Below are positions 61,573 to 64,000 of a stretch of DNA of 64,000 bases, piece by piece. This DNA comes from Chthonomonadales bacterium. GTDB lineage: Bacteria > Armatimonadota > Chthonomonadetes > Chthonomonadales > CAJBBX01. The position numbers and the translations under genes are program-made. Positions within the stretch are counted from its first letter, which is position 1, and each line of letters begins with the position of its first letter. The stretch covers positions 44,788 through 108,787 of the forward strand of contig JBMFSQ010000010.1 of assembly GCA_049967475.1 (NCBI GenBank). Reading direction: 5' to 3'. Under the pieces are notes generated by a model. That model was not told the DNA's origin. It worked only from the letters and a program-made list of their open reading frames with translations, and searched no databases.

Positions 61573-62333
61573 CGTGCCGCCCCCACTGCCGACGCCTGCT
61601 CGAGCCAACCATAGCCTCGTTCCTCCAGTTCCAGGGCAAGCTCCTTCGTGCCCGATTTCACGATGCGGCCGTCCAGAAGAACGTGCACGTAATCCGGCAC
61701 AATGTAGTTGAGCAGGCGCTGATAATGGGTCACTACGATGATTGCCCTTTCCGGAGAACGCAGGGCATTGACGCCTCTTGCCACAATCTGCAGGGCGTCA
61801 ATATCCAGTCCGCTGTCGGTTTCGTCCAGAATGGCCAGTTTCGGCTGGAGAACCGACATTTGGAGGATTTCGTTACGCTTCTTCTCTCCGCCGGAAAAGC
61901 CCTCGTTGACGGGCCGGTTCAGGAGCGAAGCATCCAATTCCAGGAGGCGGGCCTTCTCCCTAACCAGCTTCAAAAAGTCCATGGCATCCAGTTCGGGAAG
62001 CCCTTGGTGGCGCCTCACGGCGTTGAGCGCCGTCTTCAAGAAGTAGGTATTACCCACGCCGGGGATCTCCACCGGGTATTGGAAGGCTAGAAAGATGCCC
62101 TCCTGAGCGCGCTCCTCCGGTTTGAGTGACAGCAGATCCTTGCCGTCATAGAGCACGCTTCCGCGCGTCACTACATAATCTTCCCTGCCGGCCAATACCT
62201 GAGCCAGCGTGGATTTGCCTGAGCCGTTCGGCCCCATTATGGCGTGCACCTCGCCGGCTTCCACCTTCAGGTTTACACCCTTGAGGATCTCGTTGCCCCC
62301 CACACTCACGTGGAGGTCGTTGATGGTGAGCAT
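61569..62333 (-). CDS. sufC: Fe-S cluster assembly ATPase SufC
   Basis: 254-aa ORF with Walker A GPNGSGKST, signature FSGGEKKR and Walker B AILDETDSGLD. Confidence 0.95.
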   Translation of the reverse strand: MLTINDLHVSVGGNEILKGVNLKVEAGEVHAIMGPNGSGKSTLAQVLAGREDYVVTRGSVLYDGKDLLSLKPEERAQEGIFLAFQYPVEIPGVGNTYFLKTALNAVRRHQGLPELDAMDFLKLVREKARLLELDASLLNRPVNEGFSGGEKKRNEILQMSVLQPKLAILDETDSGLDIDALQIVARGVNALRSPERAIIVVTHYQRLLNYIVPDYVHVLLDGRIVKSGTKELALELEERGYGWLEQASAVGAAR

Positions 62334-62341
62334 TGTTCCTT

Positions 62342-63784
62342 TTATCCTACGCTTCCTTCTAGGCTGACGCCCAGGAGCTTCTGAGCCTCCACGGCAAACT
62401 CCATGGGCAGCTCCTTGAACACTTCCTTACAGAACCCGTTTACGATCATGCTTACGGCATCCTCTGTGCTGATGCCGCGCTGGTTGCAGTAAAAAAGCTG
62501 ATCCTCGCCGATGCGGCTGGTAGACGCTTCGTGCTCGATTTGGGCCGTGGGATTGCGCACTTCGATCACGGGGAACGTGTGGGCGCCGCATTCGGACCCC
62601 AGCAGCAGAGAGTCGCACTGGGAAAAGTTGCGTGCGCCATCCGCCCCCGGCAACACCTTCACCATCCCCCGGTAGGTATTCTGCCCATGCCCGGCTGAGA
62701 TACCCTTGGACACGATGGTCGAACGCGTATTCCTTCCGATATGGATCATTTTGGTGCCTGTGTCCGCCTGCTGATAGTTGTTCGTGAGGGCCACAGAGTA
62801 GAATTCCCCAACCGAGTTGTCGCCCTGCAGGATGCAACTAGGGTATTTCCACGTGATGGCGGATCCGGTCTCCACCTGCGTCCACGAGATGTGAGAGTTG
62901 ACACCTAGGCACTTGCCTCGCTTTGTTACGAAGTTGTAGATGCCGCCCTTTCCGTCCTTGTCGCCGGGATACCAATTCTGTACAGTGGAGTATTTGATGT
63001 ATGCATGATCCAGCGCCACCAGCTCTACCACTGCAGCATGGAGCTGGTTCTCGTCGCGCATCGGAGCCGTACAGCCCTCGAGATAGCTCACATAGGCTCC
63101 CTCGTCGGCGATGATGAGGGTCCTCTCGAACTGGCCGGTGTTCTCGGCGTTGATGCGAAAGTAGGTGGAAAGTTCCATCGGGCATCGCACGCCCTTCGGC
63201 ACGTACACGAAGGATCCGTCGGAGAAGACGGCGGAGTTCAGGGTGGCGAAGAAGTTGTCTGAGTAGGGCACAACAGAACCCAGGTACTCACGTACGAGAT
63301 CCGGATGGTTCTTCACAGCCTCGCTGAAGGAGCAGAAGATGATGCCGAGTTCCGCCAGTTTCTCCTTGAACGTCGTTGCCACCGAAACGCTGTCAAACAC
63401 GGCATCCACGGCAACCCCTGTGAGGCGCTTCTGCTCTTCCAACGAGATGCCCAGCTTTTCGAAGGTGCGCAGCAACTCGGGATCTACTTCATCCAGACTG
63501 TTCAGGCGCGGCTTGGCCTTGGGAGCGGCATAGTAGATGATGTCTTGGTAGTCAATGGGCGGATAGTGCACGTTCTGCCATGTGGGCTCTTGCATGGTGA
63601 GCCACTTCCGGTACGCTTTGAGGCGCCACTCCAAAAGCCATTCCGGCTCTTCCTTCTTGGCGGAAATCATCCGGATGACGTCTTCGTTAAGGCCCTTCGG
63701 TACCGTCTCCTGCTCAATCTGTGTGACGAAACCCCACTTATACTCTTGAGAAAGATGCTCTTGGAGAACCTCGGTTGCGCTCAT
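62342..63784 (-). CDS. sufB: Fe-S cluster assembly scaffold SufB
   Basis: 480-aa ORF with a conserved SufB sequence throughout ([28 protein letters not shown]). ATGA overlap with the upstream IscA-type gene. Confidence 0.95.
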   Translation of the reverse strand: MSATEVLQEHLSQEYKWGFVTQIEQETVPKGLNEDVIRMISAKKEEPEWLLEWRLKAYRKWLTMQEPTWQNVHYPPIDYQDIIYYAAPKAKPRLNSLDEVDPELLRTFEKLGISLEEQKRLTGVAVDAVFDSVSVATTFKEKLAELGIIFCSFSEAVKNHPDLVREYLGSVVPYSDNFFATLNSAVFSDGSFVYVPKGVRCPMELSTYFRINAENTGQFERTLIIADEGAYVSYLEGCTAPMRDENQLHAAVVELVALDHAYIKYSTVQNWYPGDKDGKGGIYNFVTKRGKCLGVNSHISWTQVETGSAITWKYPSCILQGDNSVGEFYSVALTNNYQQADTGTKMIHIGRNTRSTIVSKGISAGHGQNTYRGMVKVLPGADGARNFSQCDSLLLGSECGAHTFPVIEVRNPTAQIEHEASTSRIGEDQLFYCNQRGISTEDAVSMIVNGFCKEVFKELPMEFAVEAQKLLGVSLEGSVG

Positions 63785-64000
63785 TCTTCACCTTCCGAAT
63801 TCGGATGCAATGGACTGCCGCCGCCCATCTTCGGGGCGAAGCTCGTGCCGCACCCGCAGCTTCGGGCAGCATTCGGGTTCTTGAACGTAAACCCGCCCGA
63901 CATCAGGTTCTTCAGACTATAATCCACGGTGACGCCATCGAGAAAGCGCGCGCTCCGGGCATCCACGAATACCCGGACGCCGCCGGCATCCACTACATGG
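63781..64000 (-). CDS. HesB/IscA family Fe-S carrier (SufA/ErpA-like), 5' end outside the window
   Basis: The C-terminal part [18 protein letters not shown] (the CGCG.SF motif) is followed by a short extra tail. The reading frame is open to the window edge. Confidence 0.8.
   Translation of the reverse strand, partial: HVVDAGGVRVFVDARSARFLDGVTVDYSLKNLMSGGFTFKNPNAARSCGCGTSFAPKMGGGSPLHPNSEGEE

Noticed and set aside
1-64000. CRISPR arrays, long tandem DNA repeats, insertion sequences, integrases, and rRNA or tRNA genes.
   Set aside because: I noticed no regularly spaced direct repeats, no transposase or integrase-like ORFs, and no rRNA or tRNA signatures while reading both strands. Visual inspection of 64 kb is not exhaustive, so a repeat finder and tRNAscan/Infernal run should confirm this.

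Overview
GC-rich bacterial chromosomal segment that is almost entirely coding. I support about 60 protein genes and find no rRNA, tRNA, CRISPR array, transposase, integrase or phage gene. The lineage is probably Armatimonadota- or PVC-like with Terrabacteria-type housekeeping (inference only). The basis is a DUF1559 prepilin-like protein, several xylose-isomerase-like TIM-barrel genes, a Gfo/Idh/MocA gene, a SufU/SufT-type suf operon and a ytxG/ytxH-like pair.

Gene order, left to right:
- DUF1854 protein and a fused ABC exporter with an unusual N-terminal domain (-)
- GH29 fucosidase (-)
- a frameshifted TIM-barrel gene (+)
- parvulin PPIase, PHP hydrolase, rsmI, galE (+)
- a long same-strand envelope-sugar cluster (+): rfbA-rfbC-rfbB, an HldC-like adenylyltransferase, an orphan DHS-like gene, an HldA-like kinase, a UbiA-type polyprenyl-phosphate phosphoribosyltransferase, rfbD, a GHL10/DUF187 hydrolase and a secreted Ig-like protein
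- dinG (+)
- a 645-aa HTH-XRE/TPR regulator (-)
- Gfo/Idh/MocA oxidoreductase (-)
- a protein made of three ~62-aa tandem repeats (-), divergent from a double ferritin-like protein (+)
- TIM-barrel, NIL and tlyA (-)
- miaA, hfq, dapF (-)
- DUF1343/NamZ-like, DUF5679, TIM barrel (+)
- an AraR-like regulator, a DUF1559 pseudopilin-like gene and an untracked 56-aa membrane ORF (-)
- a tightly coupled HAD-GT2-GT2-O-antigen-ligase/TPR operon (-)
- AI-2E, ytxH, DUF948, mnmA, a phosphodiesterase, kbl, tdh, M28/PDZ peptidase, PHP protein, a clan GH-A hydrolase and glnD (all -)
- an ArsR-type regulator (+) whose stop overlaps the end of a complete sufA-B-C-D-S-U-T operon (-)

The most interesting material:
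1. The interrupted rml cluster with a split RfaE pair, an orphan gene and the UbiA enzyme.
2. The divergent repeat-protein / double-ferritin pair.
3. The HTH-TPR regulator with a perfect palindrome upstream.
4. The ABC/DUF1854 pair.
5. The three-cysteine ArsR regulator at the 3' end of suf.

All family assignments come from motif recognition by eye, not from database searches. Many start codons were re-chosen from Shine-Dalgarno sequences or start/stop overlaps and remain provisional.
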